A stretch of DNA of 64,000 nucleotides from assembly GCA_963715865.1 (NCBI GenBank), contig OY970280.1:32001-96000 (forward strand), in the 5' to 3' direction. Below, in pieces: positions 48,466 through 58,080 of this stretch. The DNA comes from Candidatus Bathyarchaeota archaeon. Lineage in GTDB: Archaea > Thermoproteota > Bathyarchaeia > Bathyarchaeales > Bathycorpusculaceae. Made by a program: the position numbers and the translations under genes. Numbering within the stretch: the first letter of the stretch is position 1; each line of letters begins with the position of its first letter. Below the pieces are notes generated by a model that searched no databases, was not told the DNA's origin, and was given only the letters and a program-made list of their open reading frames with translations.

Positions 48466-48723
48466 ATGGCAATTAGGGCAAAGGCTAATGTGCGCTTAAA
48501 GTTCGCTTCAGAAAAACACCTGTCAACGCTTCTTAATGCCTTAATGCCAGAAGCTAATGCGCCAGTAACTAGACGAGCCACGGTAAAATTAGAAAAAGAC
48601 GGATTATTTCTCATGTTAACGGTTGAGGCTGAGGACACGGTTGCTTTGCGTGCAACGTTGAATGCTTATTTGAGATGGATAAACTCAACAATTAACGTAA
48701 TAGACGTGGTTGAACAAGCTTAA
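48466..48723 (+). CDS. pcc1: KEOPS complex subunit Pcc1
   Basis: AEDTVALRATLNAYLRW motif; position after rpl37ae. Confidence 0.9.
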   Translation: MAIRAKANVRLKFASEKHLSTLLNALMPEANAPVTRRATVKLEKDGLFLMLTVEAEDTVALRATLNAYLRWINSTINVIDVVEQA

Positions 48724-48825
48724 TTTGTTAGGCGAACAGTGCTTGGGGCAAGTTTATAGCCGCAACTATTTAAAAGGTTTAATCAGCTTGGTGTTTTTTT
48801 CAAGTTTTGTTGACTGAACATGTTT

Positions 48826-49080
48826 TCACTTGTATTTTGCTTTGAGTATTAGGATTATGAGAGCTTGGATGAAAGCTAAGGAGTTTGCAATCATAATCGG
48901 CAAATCGTTTAGGTAAACTCCATAAACAAACCATAAAAACACGCCGCCGCAATATAATGCGAACATTCCGGTTGAGATGTCTTTGGTTGATTTTGTCTTC
49001 CAAACCTTGATTAACTGAGGGAAAAGCGCGATTGTGGTGAAAGCAGCGGCGATTAAGCCAATTATTGTTATAGTGTCCAT
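48826..49080 (-). CDS. SemiSWEET (PQ-loop) transporter
   Basis: FPQLIKVWKTKSTKDIS, LWFVYG, PIMIAN. Confidence 0.92.
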   Translation of the reverse strand: MDTITIIGLIAAAFTTIALFPQLIKVWKTKSTKDISTGMFALYCGGVFLWFVYGVYLNDLPIMIANSLAFIQALIILILKAKYK

Positions 49081-49203
49081 CATGCTCTTGCTTCTAGCTT
49101 ACATGCGATTGGTATTTAGGTTTCGTTATAAAACAAAATTGTCCAAGAAAAACGCAATAATTCGAGTTATTGATTAACTGGTTATCCTATTTTTTGAGCC
49201 GTA

Positions 49204-49294
49204 GTTCACAACTATCTGGCAAGCCTTGTTGAAAGCAACTGCTGTTTCCACAAGCGAGTTTTCAAAAGGCAGCTTAACTTGGATAGTTCTGAAC
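49204..49294. repeat. 13-bp inverted repeat (1 mismatch) in the SemiSWEET-rps13 intergenic region
   Basis: GTTCACAACTATC (49204-49216) and GATAGTTCTGAAC (49282-49294). Confidence 0.65.
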
Positions 49295-49443
49295 ATATTT
49301 TACAAACCGCAAGTTTTTCTATTTAAGTTTAATTAATAATCACGGTCAGCTCAAAAGTTAACTGTTCACTCGTCAAAAAGGTTTAAATAAATACTGTCTC
49401 ATTTCGTATATGCTTCAAGTTAAAAAACGGATGAAAATTTAGC

Positions 49444-49935
49444 ATGTCACAGGAATATCGCTATATACTTCGTATTATGGGTACAGACGTTCAAGGTACC
49501 CTTAAGGCTTCTTACGCGGTAGCACAAATAAAAGGCGTAAGCATGAGCCTCTCAAATGCAGTCTTAAAAAAAGCAGGAGTAAATCCTGACCTGCGCGTAG
49601 GCTTCTTAACAGAATCAGACATATCAAAAATAGAAGATGTTATCCGAGAACCAGCAAAATATAGCCTGCCAACTTGGCTTTTTAACAGGCGAAAAGACTC
49701 GGAAACAGGAAAAGATATGCACCTTTTAAGCGCTGACCTTGTTTTAAGAACAAAACAGGATATTGATGAAGCCAAAGAAATCAGGTCTTGGCGTGGATAC
49801 CGCCATGCTTATGGCCTGAAGGTTCGTGGACAACATACAAAAACCACTGGAAGAGCAGGCAAAGCCTTAGGTGTCAAGAAGAAGACCCTTATGCAGAGGC
49901 CTGGTGGAGCGCCACCCGCTGAAGGAGGCAAATAA
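49444..49935 (+). CDS. rps13: 30S ribosomal protein S13
   Basis: YRHAYGLKVRGQHTKTTGR. Confidence 0.97.
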   Translation: MSQEYRYILRIMGTDVQGTLKASYAVAQIKGVSMSLSNAVLKKAGVNPDLRVGFLTESDISKIEDVIREPAKYSLPTWLFNRRKDSETGKDMHLLSADLVLRTKQDIDEAKEIRSWRGYRHAYGLKVRGQHTKTTGRAGKALGVKKKTLMQRPGGAPPAEGGK

Positions 49936-49937
49936 AC

Positions 49938-50528
49938 ATGGGAGACCCGAAGAAGCAACGTAAAAAATTCGATACTCCGCGATTCCGCTGGCGCAAAGAC
50001 ATCCTTCAAGAAGAGCTCAAACTTATTGGTCAATATGGCTTAAGAAACAAGCATGAACTCTGGCGCCATAAAACCACTCTATCAAAAACCAGAGGCATCG
50101 CCCGTTCACTTATCAGTAAAACTCCTGAAGAACGAGCAAAAATAGAAAACGAGCTACTCATAAAACTCAAAAAACGCGGTATCCTACAAGAAACCGCCGT
50201 GTTAGACAACGTTTTAGACTTAACAATCGAAGACATATTAGAACGCAGGCTTCAAACAATCGTTTTCCGCAAAGGCTTATCAAGAACAATCTTCCAATCA
50301 CGCCAACTAATCTCACATGGACACGTAACCATAGATAACCGCAGAGTAACTATTCCCGGCTACATAGTGCCAAAAGAGGAAGAAACAAAAATCATTTATT
50401 CACCAGAAAGCGCTGTTGCAAACCAAGCCCACCCATTACGCGTCGGATTAACAGTCGTAGCTAAACAACCAGAAATTAGGCAGCCTAGCCGAGGCCGAAG
50501 AGGCGGAAGAGGAGGCGGACGGTTCTGA
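49938..50528 (+). CDS. rps4: 30S ribosomal protein S4
   Basis: [26 protein letters not shown]. Confidence 0.97.
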   Translation: MGDPKKQRKKFDTPRFRWRKDILQEELKLIGQYGLRNKHELWRHKTTLSKTRGIARSLISKTPEERAKIENELLIKLKKRGILQETAVLDNVLDLTIEDILERRLQTIVFRKGLSRTIFQSRQLISHGHVTIDNRRVTIPGYIVPKEEETKIIYSPESAVANQAHPLRVGLTVVAKQPEIRQPSRGRRGGRGGGRF

Positions 50529-50929
50529 GCACCAGTAATAAACGAAACGAGAAATTTGCCATCGTCCACATCTTCAGCTCCTACAATAACACGTTAATCC
50601 ACATAACTGACCTTTCAGGCGCAGAAACAATCGCTCGCACAAGTGGCGGTATGTACGTAAAAGCAGACCGCATGGAATCTTCACCATACGCCGCTATGCG
50701 TGCAGCAACCGGCGCAGCTGAAGTAGCTCGGGATAAAGGAATAACCGCCATCCATATTAAAGTCCGAGCGCCAGGCGGTTCGGGACCAAGAACTCCGGGA
50801 CCAGGCGCTCAAGCAGCCATACGTGCATTGGCAAGGTTTGGTTTCCGTATTGAACGCATTGAAGAAGTTACGCCAATTCCCCATGACGGCACAAGAAGGC
50901 CTGGCGGCAGAAGAGGAAGAAGAGTCTAA
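50525..50929 (+). CDS. rps11: 30S ribosomal protein S11, apparent CTG start
   Basis: Track ORF lacks the conserved N-terminus ...[21 protein letters not shown], which is in frame from CTG 50525. Confidence 0.95.
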   Translation: MSTSNKRNEKFAIVHIFSSYNNTLIHITDLSGAETIARTSGGMYVKADRMESSPYAAMRAATGAAEVARDKGITAIHIKVRAPGGSGPRTPGPGAQAAIRALARFGFRIERIEEVTPIPHDGTRRPGGRRGRRV

Positions 50930-51034
50930 TCTTCGTTTTCCCTTCTTTATTAACAGAAAAATTGAAATAATGCACCTATATCTCTATTGAACCGCACAGC
51001 CATTATAGTAACCTTATTGGAGTGTCTCAGTCAA

Positions 51035-51850
51035 GTGAAAATAGAAATCCTTGAAAAAAACGATACCAACTTCCGCATAATCGTCAGAGAAGCGGATGTT
51101 CCGTTAATGAACGCTTTGCGTAGAATAGCACTTGCTGAGGTACCCACCATGGCAATAGATGAAGTTGTCATGATAGAAAACTCCTCAATTTTACAGGATG
51201 AAATAATTTCACATCGCTTGGGGCTCACTCCCTTGAAAACTGACTTGGACAGTTATAATCTTCCTGAAGAATGCCAATGCAAAAGCGAATTCGGCTGCTC
51301 TCAGTGTAGAGTAACGCTCACGCTGGACGCTGAAGCCAAGGAAGGGACAAGAACAGTTTATTCGGGAGAAATCATTTCGGAAAATCCTGAAATCATCCCT
51401 GTCTCAGACAAAATCCCAATATTAAAACTGGCTAAAAACCAAAAACTAAAACTTGAAGCTTACGCGCGGCTCGGAAGAGGCAAAAACCATGCAAAATGGC
51501 AGCCAGTTTCAATGTGTGCTTACAAGTATTTCCCAAAAATAACTGCTCCAACCGAGAAATGTGAACAATGCGCAAAATGCGTAGACATCTGCCCCAAGAA
51601 AGTGCTGACCATTAAAGATGAAAAAGTTGATGTCAGAGACCTCTTGGCATGCAACCTTTGCATGGACTGTGTTGAAGCTTGCCCAAAAAAGCCGTCACCG
51701 TTGAAGGTTGAATGGGAAAAGAACGCGTTCATAATGAATATAGAGTCAACAGGTGCGCTTCCACCAGAACGCATCCTCAAAGAAGCCTCCAAAACGTTAG
51801 GCAAACAACTAAACGAACTTGAAGAATTAATAAAGGCTGAACAGCAATGA
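51035..51850 (+). CDS. rpoD: RNA polymerase subunit D (Rpo3) with ferredoxin-like domain
   Basis: NALRR, HRLGL, HAKWQP; two CxxCxxCxxxCP motifs. Start refined to GTG 51035. Confidence 0.95.
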   Translation: MKIEILEKNDTNFRIIVREADVPLMNALRRIALAEVPTMAIDEVVMIENSSILQDEIISHRLGLTPLKTDLDSYNLPEECQCKSEFGCSQCRVTLTLDAEAKEGTRTVYSGEIISENPEIIPVSDKIPILKLAKNQKLKLEAYARLGRGKNHAKWQPVSMCAYKYFPKITAPTEKCEQCAKCVDICPKKVLTIKDEKVDVRDLLACNLCMDCVEACPKKPSPLKVEWEKNAFIMNIESTGALPPERILKEASKTLGKQLNELEELIKAEQQ

Positions 51851-52209
51851 AAGAAACAAAAACCACAAACCCAGAATTAGTCCAGCTTATCCGTCTTCTA
51901 AAGAAAGAGAGCAGAGAAAAACAAGCAGGCATCTGGCTAGACGTAGCTGAACACTTGTCCAAGTCGCGGAGTCAACGCATCTCCGTTAACCTGAGCAGAA
52001 TAAACAGGAACACCAAAAGAAGCGACGTAATCGTTGTTCCAGGCAAAATCTTAGCCTCAGGCAGCCTAAACCACGCAGTAACAGTAGCATCATTTGGCGC
52101 TTCTGAGAAAGCGAAGGAAAAACTTGTTGCTGCCAAAGCAAAATACCTTTCAATCCCTGAGCTCTTAAAGAAAAATCCTAAGGGCGCAAACATCAAGATT
52201 ATTCGGTGA
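51847..52209 (+). CDS. rpl18e: 50S ribosomal protein L18e
   Basis: KTTNP, VNLSRINR, VPGKILASG. Confidence 0.96.
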   Translation: MKETKTTNPELVQLIRLLKKESREKQAGIWLDVAEHLSKSRSQRISVNLSRINRNTKRSDVIVVPGKILASGSLNHAVTVASFGASEKAKEKLVAAKAKYLSIPELLKKNPKGANIKIIR

Positions 52210-52661
52210 AAAAAATGCAAACAACAAAAACATCTGTCACACTGGTAAACGCTGAAGGATTAATCGTTGGCAGAATGTGCAGTAAAGTTGCCAAACGATT
52301 ACTAAACGGAGAACAAGTAATCATCCTCAACGCTGAAAAAGCCGTTTTCTCAGGTAAAAAGAAAAGCAAAGTGGCAGAAGCCAAACAATTCTTAGAAGTA
52401 GGTGCTCCAATGCGCGGTCCATTCCATTACCGAAGACCAGACCGTTTCCTACGAAAAACCGTAAGAGGTATGGTTCCGTTTAAGCAGCCAAAAGGCAAAA
52501 ATGCCTACAAAAGACTCAAAGTATTCATGGGCGTACCTATGGAGCTTAAAGACCAAAAAATGATCACATTCGAAGAAGCTTCTTCTGCCAATCTGAGGGG
52601 TCCACATTTCACCCTTGGAGAAATGGCAAAAGAAGTTGGATGGAACAATAGGATGGAATAA
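52206..52661 (+). CDS. rpl13: 50S ribosomal protein L13
   Basis: NAEGLIVGR, NAEKAV, GPFHYRRP, RGMVP. Confidence 0.96.
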   Translation: MKKMQTTKTSVTLVNAEGLIVGRMCSKVAKRLLNGEQVIILNAEKAVFSGKKKSKVAEAKQFLEVGAPMRGPFHYRRPDRFLRKTVRGMVPFKQPKGKNAYKRLKVFMGVPMELKDQKMITFEEASSANLRGPHFTLGEMAKEVGWNNRME

Positions 52662-52663
52662 TT

Positions 52664-53074
52664 ATGCCAGCAAAGAAAGTTTTAGTTGTTAGTGGAAAAA
52701 GAAAAACAGCAGTCGCCCGCGCCATAGTTAAACAAGGCGTAGGCAAAGTACGAATAAACATGACTCCAGTTGAAATTTACGAACCAGACATCGCTCGCGC
52801 AAAAATAATGGAGCCTCTGCTCCAAGCAGGCGGAGACATATGGCAACAACTAGACATGGATGTTAAAACCAGCGGCGGAGGCTACATGGGACAGGCAGAA
52901 GCAGCACGCATGGCCGTTGCAAACGCACTACTGAAATGGACGAAAAGCACTCATCTACGCACAGTATTCAGCGAATATGACCGAACAATGATTGCTGGAG
53001 ACTCCCGAACTAAAGAAACCAAAAAGGTCGGCGGAGCCGGCGCCCGAGCAAAAGAACAGAAAAGTTACAGGTAG
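52664..53074 (+). CDS. rps9: 30S ribosomal protein S9
   Basis: [28 protein letters not shown]. Confidence 0.97.
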   Translation: MPAKKVLVVSGKRKTAVARAIVKQGVGKVRINMTPVEIYEPDIARAKIMEPLLQAGGDIWQQLDMDVKTSGGGYMGQAEAARMAVANALLKWTKSTHLRTVFSEYDRTMIAGDSRTKETKKVGGAGARAKEQKSYR

Positions 53075-53087
53075 GGCGAAAAAACAA

Positions 53088-53318
53088 ATGATTATTCCCG
53101 TAAGATGCTTCACATGCGGCAAACTGGTTGGAGACCAATGGGACGAATTCACAAGGCGAATCAAAACAGGCGAGAACGCAAGCGACATCTTAGACAGTTT
53201 AGGCTTGAAACGTTACTGTTGCAGGCGCATGTTGCTCTCTAACGTCGAAATCATAGATGAAGTTCTGCGCTTTTATGAAGAAACAGAGAAAAGAAAAGAA
53301 GCAAGAAACTTCTACTAA
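53088..53318 (+). CDS. rpoN: RNA polymerase subunit N (Rpo10)
   Basis: [12 protein letters not shown]...RYCCRRML; start refined to ATG 53088. Confidence 0.97.
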   Translation: MIIPVRCFTCGKLVGDQWDEFTRRIKTGENASDILDSLGLKRYCCRRMLLSNVEIIDEVLRFYEETEKRKEARNFY

Positions 53319-53339
53319 ATTTCTTTATTAAAGTAAAAA

Positions 53340-54143
53340 TTAGTGAGAATATAGTTTCTCGTATGGTCTCTTAGAGACTGGCAGTATTTTCTTGAATTTA
53401 GCGCCCAAGATTTCCTTAGGATCAGCGCCAAAGTGGTTGCAGTATTCCTTGACTAAGCTTTCAATCATCTGGATATCTCGCTTGCCAACTTCCATTATTT
53501 TGGTTCCGTTTTCTGTTTCAAGTATGTCGCCGCGTTCGTAGATTACGCCGCCATGTATTCCTGTGCCGACAAATCTGGCTTTGCATTTTTCGCCTTCTTT
53601 TAGGTTTAAGCCTAGGATTAGGATTATTCCGCCTGCCATGTACTCAGCGAGAAAGTCGCCTGCCGTTTGCCCAATGATTATCTGTGGGATTTTACGCTGG
53701 TACTCTTTCATGTGTATGCCAACCCTGTAACCAACGAAGTCTCGGACGAAGATTTTTCCGCCTCTCATCGAGTGTCCTGTTACGTCTCCAGCGTGGCCAT
53801 GAATGATTATTTGCCCCTCGTTCATTGTGTTGCCGCAGCCGTCCTGTGCGTTGCCATGTATCACTAGTTTTGGTCCGTTCATGAATGCGGCAAGGTCGTT
53901 TCCAGGTGTTCCGTAAACGTCTATTTGGATGTTTGTGTCAAGGTCGGTGCCGATATATCGTTGTCCGCAGACATTGTGTATTTCTATTCTTTCAACGCTG
54001 GTGCAGATTGCCTGTCTTAAGAGGCAGTTTAAGTCTTTGTAGTAGAGTCCCTCTGCATTGATTTTTAGCACATTATTTTCCTTTTGTACTCGCGGAAGGT
54101 ATTTTGCGTCGATTTCTATTACCTTTTTTTGTTGTTCAAGCAT
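53340..54143 (-). CDS. Glutamate synthase GXGXG (domain 3) subunit
   Basis: GQRYIG, GNDL, GD.TG.SMRGG, AEYMAGG. Confidence 0.9.
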   Translation of the reverse strand: MLEQQKKVIEIDAKYLPRVQKENNVLKINAEGLYYKDLNCLLRQAICTSVERIEIHNVCGQRYIGTDLDTNIQIDVYGTPGNDLAAFMNGPKLVIHGNAQDGCGNTMNEGQIIIHGHAGDVTGHSMRGGKIFVRDFVGYRVGIHMKEYQRKIPQIIIGQTAGDFLAEYMAGGIILILGLNLKEGEKCKARFVGTGIHGGVIYERGDILETENGTKIMEVGKRDIQMIESLVKEYCNHFGADPKEILGAKFKKILPVSKRPYEKLYSH

Positions 54144-54147
54144 GCTT

Positions 54148-55659
54148 TTACTCTCCTGCCATTTTTACGCCTAGAATCTTTAACTCAGTCCTCGTTAAGC
54201 CGACACCTCTGAGTGCTAGTCGGTTGCCTCGTAAGCTTTCGATGGCGTTTATGCCCATGCCGCCCATCATGTCTTTAATCTCTAAGCTCCAGCTTTGAAG
54301 CAAGTTAACCAGTCGCTTGGAAGCGATGTCGGGGTTGATGCGTTTGCTGATCCACGGGTCACTTGTCGCAATACCCCATGGGCATTTGCCAGTGTGGCAG
54401 CGTTGGCAAACAGTGCAGCCTATAGCTATCAAAGCTGCAGTTGCAATGTACACAGCGTCAGCGCCTAGCGCTATAGCCTTAACTACGTCAGCGCTGCTTC
54501 TTATGCCGCCAGCAGCGACGACGGAAGCTTTGTTTCTTATGCCTTCTTCTCTTAGGCGTTGGTCTACTTGTGCAATGGCTAACTCGATGGGTATGCCTAC
54601 GTTGTCTCTGATGATTTTGGGTGCTGCACCGGTTGCGCCTCTGACGCCGTCAAGAGCTATTATGTCTGCTCCAGCCCTTACCATTCCGCTGGCGATTGCA
54701 GCTGCGTTGTGAACTGCTGCGATTTTCACTGAGATAGGCTTAGTGTAGTTTGTGGCTTCTTTAAGCGCGTAAATTAACTGTCGCAAGTCCTCAATTGAGT
54801 AGATATCATGTTGAGGGTAAGGTGAAAGTGCATCTGTGCCTGTTGGTATCATGCGTGTTTTGGCTACGTTTTCGGTTACTTTTTCGCCTGGCAAGTGTCC
54901 GCCTATGCCTGGTTTTGCGCCTTGGCCTATTTTGATTTCTAGAGCAGCGCCTACGTCAAGGTATTTGGGGTGTACACCGAATCGTCCGGATGCAACTTGG
55001 ACAATGGTGTGAGCGCCATACTTGTAGAGGCTTTGGTCTAAGCCGCCTTCGCCCGTGTTAAAGTAGGTTCCACATTCGGTGGCTGCTCTGGCTAAGGATT
55101 CATGCACGTTTAAGCTTACGGCACCATAGGACATGGCAGAGAACATGATTGGCGTATCAAGGCAAAGTTGCGGAGTAAGCTGTGTCTTTAGCACTACTTC
55201 GCCGTTTTCCATTTCCAGTTCTAATTTGTCTGGTTTTGCGCCCAGATAAGTCCTAATCTCCATAGGTTCCCGCAGCGGATCGATTGAAGGGTTGGTTACT
55301 TGGCTAGCGTTTAGGAGTAGTCGGTCCCAGTAAGTGTAGTACGGTTTGTCACAGCCCATGCCTGTTAAGATTACTGCACCGCTTTCCGCTTGTTTTTTCA
55401 CGTCTCGGATTGCTTCCAGTGTCCAGTTGGCGTTGTCTCGGTTAGCGGTCGGGTTCTTTCTTATGGTAATTGCATGGGTTGGGCAGAAGGTTACGCAGCG
55501 TTGGCAGTTAACACAGTTCTCTTCCTTACTGCAGACCGTGTCAGTTTCTTCATCATAGTAATGTGTATCGTAAGTGCATTGGTTAACGCACACTTTGCAG
55601 CGTATGCAACGATTTTGGTCACGTTCAACTAAATATTCAGGAATCAAGTAAGTTTTCAT
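54148..55659 (-). CDS. gltB: Glutamate synthase FMN-binding subunit with N-terminal 2x[4Fe-4S]
   Basis: MSYGA, NTGEGG, QVASGRFG, KIGQGAKPG.GGHLP, CxxCxxCxxxxCPWG. Confidence 0.93.
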   Translation of the reverse strand: MKTYLIPEYLVERDQNRCIRCKVCVNQCTYDTHYYDEETDTVCSKEENCVNCQRCVTFCPTHAITIRKNPTANRDNANWTLEAIRDVKKQAESGAVILTGMGCDKPYYTYWDRLLLNASQVTNPSIDPLREPMEIRTYLGAKPDKLELEMENGEVVLKTQLTPQLCLDTPIMFSAMSYGAVSLNVHESLARAATECGTYFNTGEGGLDQSLYKYGAHTIVQVASGRFGVHPKYLDVGAALEIKIGQGAKPGIGGHLPGEKVTENVAKTRMIPTGTDALSPYPQHDIYSIEDLRQLIYALKEATNYTKPISVKIAAVHNAAAIASGMVRAGADIIALDGVRGATGAAPKIIRDNVGIPIELAIAQVDQRLREEGIRNKASVVAAGGIRSSADVVKAIALGADAVYIATAALIAIGCTVCQRCHTGKCPWGIATSDPWISKRINPDIASKRLVNLLQSWSLEIKDMMGGMGINAIESLRGNRLALRGVGLTRTELKILGVKMAGE

Positions 55660-56813
55660 TAACTTTCTCCTCCAGCTAAGACTTCAGCAGTTTTTGGGTT
55701 GCTAGTTTTTAGTCTGCCCACCACTGGTTCTCCGCCTCTTGGGCACCAGAACTTGTCCAGGTTTGGAGAAACCAAACGCATGGCTGACTCCTCTGACGAT
55801 AAGTATAGGAAGTCGCCGTTTGAGCCAGCTACTAATGGTCGAAGTTTGATTCTGTCGGTTAGGCCTATCATTTCGCCATGGTGAGCAACGATTATGCTGA
55901 ATGGTCCATTCATTAGTAGGCTGCCGTAGGTTTGGCGCAGTGCGCTTAGAAGTTGTGCTTGTTTGGGTTCCATCTTGTCAATTTCACTCCATAACGGTGC
56001 TGCTAAGATTTGAGAAACCAGTTCGATTGGTAGGTGTTGTCTTCGCATGAGCAAGTCAACCGTGTATGCTAATACTTCGGTGTCTGTTTGCATGGTGCAC
56101 TTGTAACCATACATTTCCAGGTAGCGGCGGTTTATCCCATACGATGAGAGTTCACCGTTATGAACTACTGTCCAGTCTAGAATGTTGAATGGGTGCGCTC
56201 CGCCCCACCAGCCAGGAGTATTCGTGGGGAATCTGCCGTGGCAAGTCCAAAGGTATCCTTGGTAGTCTTCTAAGCAGAAGAACTCTGCAACGTCTTCCGG
56301 GTAACCTACGCCTTTGAATACGCCCATGTTTTTGCCGCTTGAGAAGACAAATGCCTTTCCAGTTTCAGTGTTAATGCGCATGATGGCTTCTATCACGTAA
56401 TCTTCTATCGTTTGGCCTTCAGGTCGGCGTTTTTTGGGTTGAACAAAGTACCGCCAAACTAACGGTGGGTCTTGAACGTTGGCTGGTCTTGTCTGCATTT
56501 CTTCGTTGTAGATTATGTCGAATTTTGAAGCGAGTATGCGGTCGGTTTTTTCTTTAGCGTCTTTGCTCAGGTACATTACGTGGAAAGCGTGGTAGTCTTT
56601 GAAGTCTGGGTATATGCCGTAAACTGCGAAGCCGCCGCCTAAACCGTTACCACGTTCATGCATGTTTGTTATTGCACGAACTGGATCCTTTGAAGAGAAG
56701 CGTTTACCTTCCGTATTCATCATGCCAAAAATGGAGCAGCCTGCGAAATCCTTGTCGTCTCCGAAGGGATTGATTATGTTTCTATCTTGACGGTTCATTT
56801 TATTGCACCACAC
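55659..56813 (-). CDS. Glutamate synthase glutamine amidotransferase (domain 1) subunit
   Basis: CSIFG, ERGNGLGGG, HGRFPTN, HPF, VHNGE, DTE, RIKLRP. Confidence 0.9.
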   Translation of the reverse strand: MWCNKMNRQDRNIINPFGDDKDFAGCSIFGMMNTEGKRFSSKDPVRAITNMHERGNGLGGGFAVYGIYPDFKDYHAFHVMYLSKDAKEKTDRILASKFDIIYNEEMQTRPANVQDPPLVWRYFVQPKKRRPEGQTIEDYVIEAIMRINTETGKAFVFSSGKNMGVFKGVGYPEDVAEFFCLEDYQGYLWTCHGRFPTNTPGWWGGAHPFNILDWTVVHNGELSSYGINRRYLEMYGYKCTMQTDTEVLAYTVDLLMRRQHLPIELVSQILAAPLWSEIDKMEPKQAQLLSALRQTYGSLLMNGPFSIIVAHHGEMIGLTDRIKLRPLVAGSNGDFLYLSSEESAMRLVSPNLDKFWCPRGGEPVVGRLKTSNPKTAEVLAGGES

Positions 56814-58080
56814 ACATTTTTCTCTGTAAAGTTACTGGCAGTGTTGCTAAGCCAAAGTCGTCTGAGAGAAGCTTTTGCTTGAATTTTTTCACGTTTATGG
56901 CATTCTTCATAAGATAGAACAAGACGCCTGCTCGTTCAATGTAGTTCACAAGAGTCATGCCTACGATAACGTTGTTTTTAAGGACAAGTTTCTTGTACAC
57001 ATTGCGCTCCGCATAATGCTCTACGAGCACTTCCAGCGCTGGGTCTTCCTTAGGGTTAGCTAAACCTATGGAAACGATGGGAATGTCAAAGTACTTTAGG
57101 CTGCTCATGTTTGTGCCGCCCATGTACGTGGTTTTTTTACCTGCCATGTTATAGCCTGCAACTTGGCCTTCCAGGACTGCGAGGGGCCAGAGAGGCAAGA
57201 GGCGGTTCTGGTTCATAATGAAGTCGTACGCTTCAGCTACGTCGCCGCTGGCGTAAACATCAGTTACGTTTGTCTGCATCATGTTATCCACTACTATTCC
57301 CCTGTTAGTTTTCACAGCAGTTCCTGTCACCAGTTCAGTTCGTGGAACAACACCGATGGCTATAACAACAAGGTCGCAAGGTATTTGGTCACCCTTGGTT
57401 AAGATTACTCCGTCGACTACGCCTTCATTGCCTGGTTTGCCTAAGATTTTTTGAACAGACTGGCCAGTGACGATGTTGACGCCTGCCTTCCTAACGACAG
57501 CTTCCACAAGGTCTGACGCTTTCGCATCCAAGAGGAGGCTGAGAATTTTATCTTGCAATTCGACCATTGTAACTTTTAAGCCGCGTTTCAGGAGGGCTTC
57601 GGTTATGCTTATGCCGATGAGTCCTGCGCCTATGACTACTGCCGCCTTAGCGTTTATGCTATCAATTTTAGCTGCAAGCCGTTCAGCATCCTTGAAGGTA
57701 GTGAAGGTGAATACGCCATCCTTGTCTGAGCCTTCCATCTTTGGAACGAAGGGTTTGCCGCCTGTTGCAAGCAGCAACTTTTCATAAGCGACTTTTTCGC
57801 CACCTTCAAGCTGGACGGTTTTCTCTGTTAAGTTTAGAGCGGTTGCCTTTTTGCCTGTTAGTGCTTCTACGTTGTTTTCTTTCCAGAATTCGTCTGTTCG
57901 GCACTTCATCTTATTGAAGTCTGCTTTGCCACTGACAAAGTCGCTAATCATTGGACGACTGTATTGTGGACAAGGTTCTTCTGAAATTACCGTTATAGCG
58001 CCTACTGGGTCTACTTCTCGGATGGCTTCAACTGCGCCTATGCCTGCTGCTGAAGCGCCAACAATCACGTACTTTGCCAT
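56800..58080 (-). CDS. FAD/NAD(P)-dependent oxidoreductase (NirB/rubredoxin-reductase-like)
   Basis: IVGASAAG, LLATG, VIGAGLIG, YASGD. Confidence 0.88.
   Translation of the reverse strand: MAKYVIVGASAAGIGAVEAIREVDPVGAITVISEEPCPQYSRPMISDFVSGKADFNKMKCRTDEFWKENNVEALTGKKATALNLTEKTVQLEGGEKVAYEKLLLATGGKPFVPKMEGSDKDGVFTFTTFKDAERLAAKIDSINAKAAVVIGAGLIGISITEALLKRGLKVTMVELQDKILSLLLDAKASDLVEAVVRKAGVNIVTGQSVQKILGKPGNEGVVDGVILTKGDQIPCDLVVIAIGVVPRTELVTGTAVKTNRGIVVDNMMQTNVTDVYASGDVAEAYDFIMNQNRLLPLWPLAVLEGQVAGYNMAGKKTTYMGGTNMSSLKYFDIPIVSIGLANPKEDPALEVLVEHYAERNVYKKLVLKNNVIVGMTLVNYIERAGVLFYLMKNAINVKKFKQKLLSDDFGLATLPVTLQRKMCVVQ

Noticed and set aside
53318-53340. tRNA expected after rpoN in some archaeal clusters
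   Set aside because: Only 21 nt separate rpoN from the convergent glt gene; no tRNA is present.
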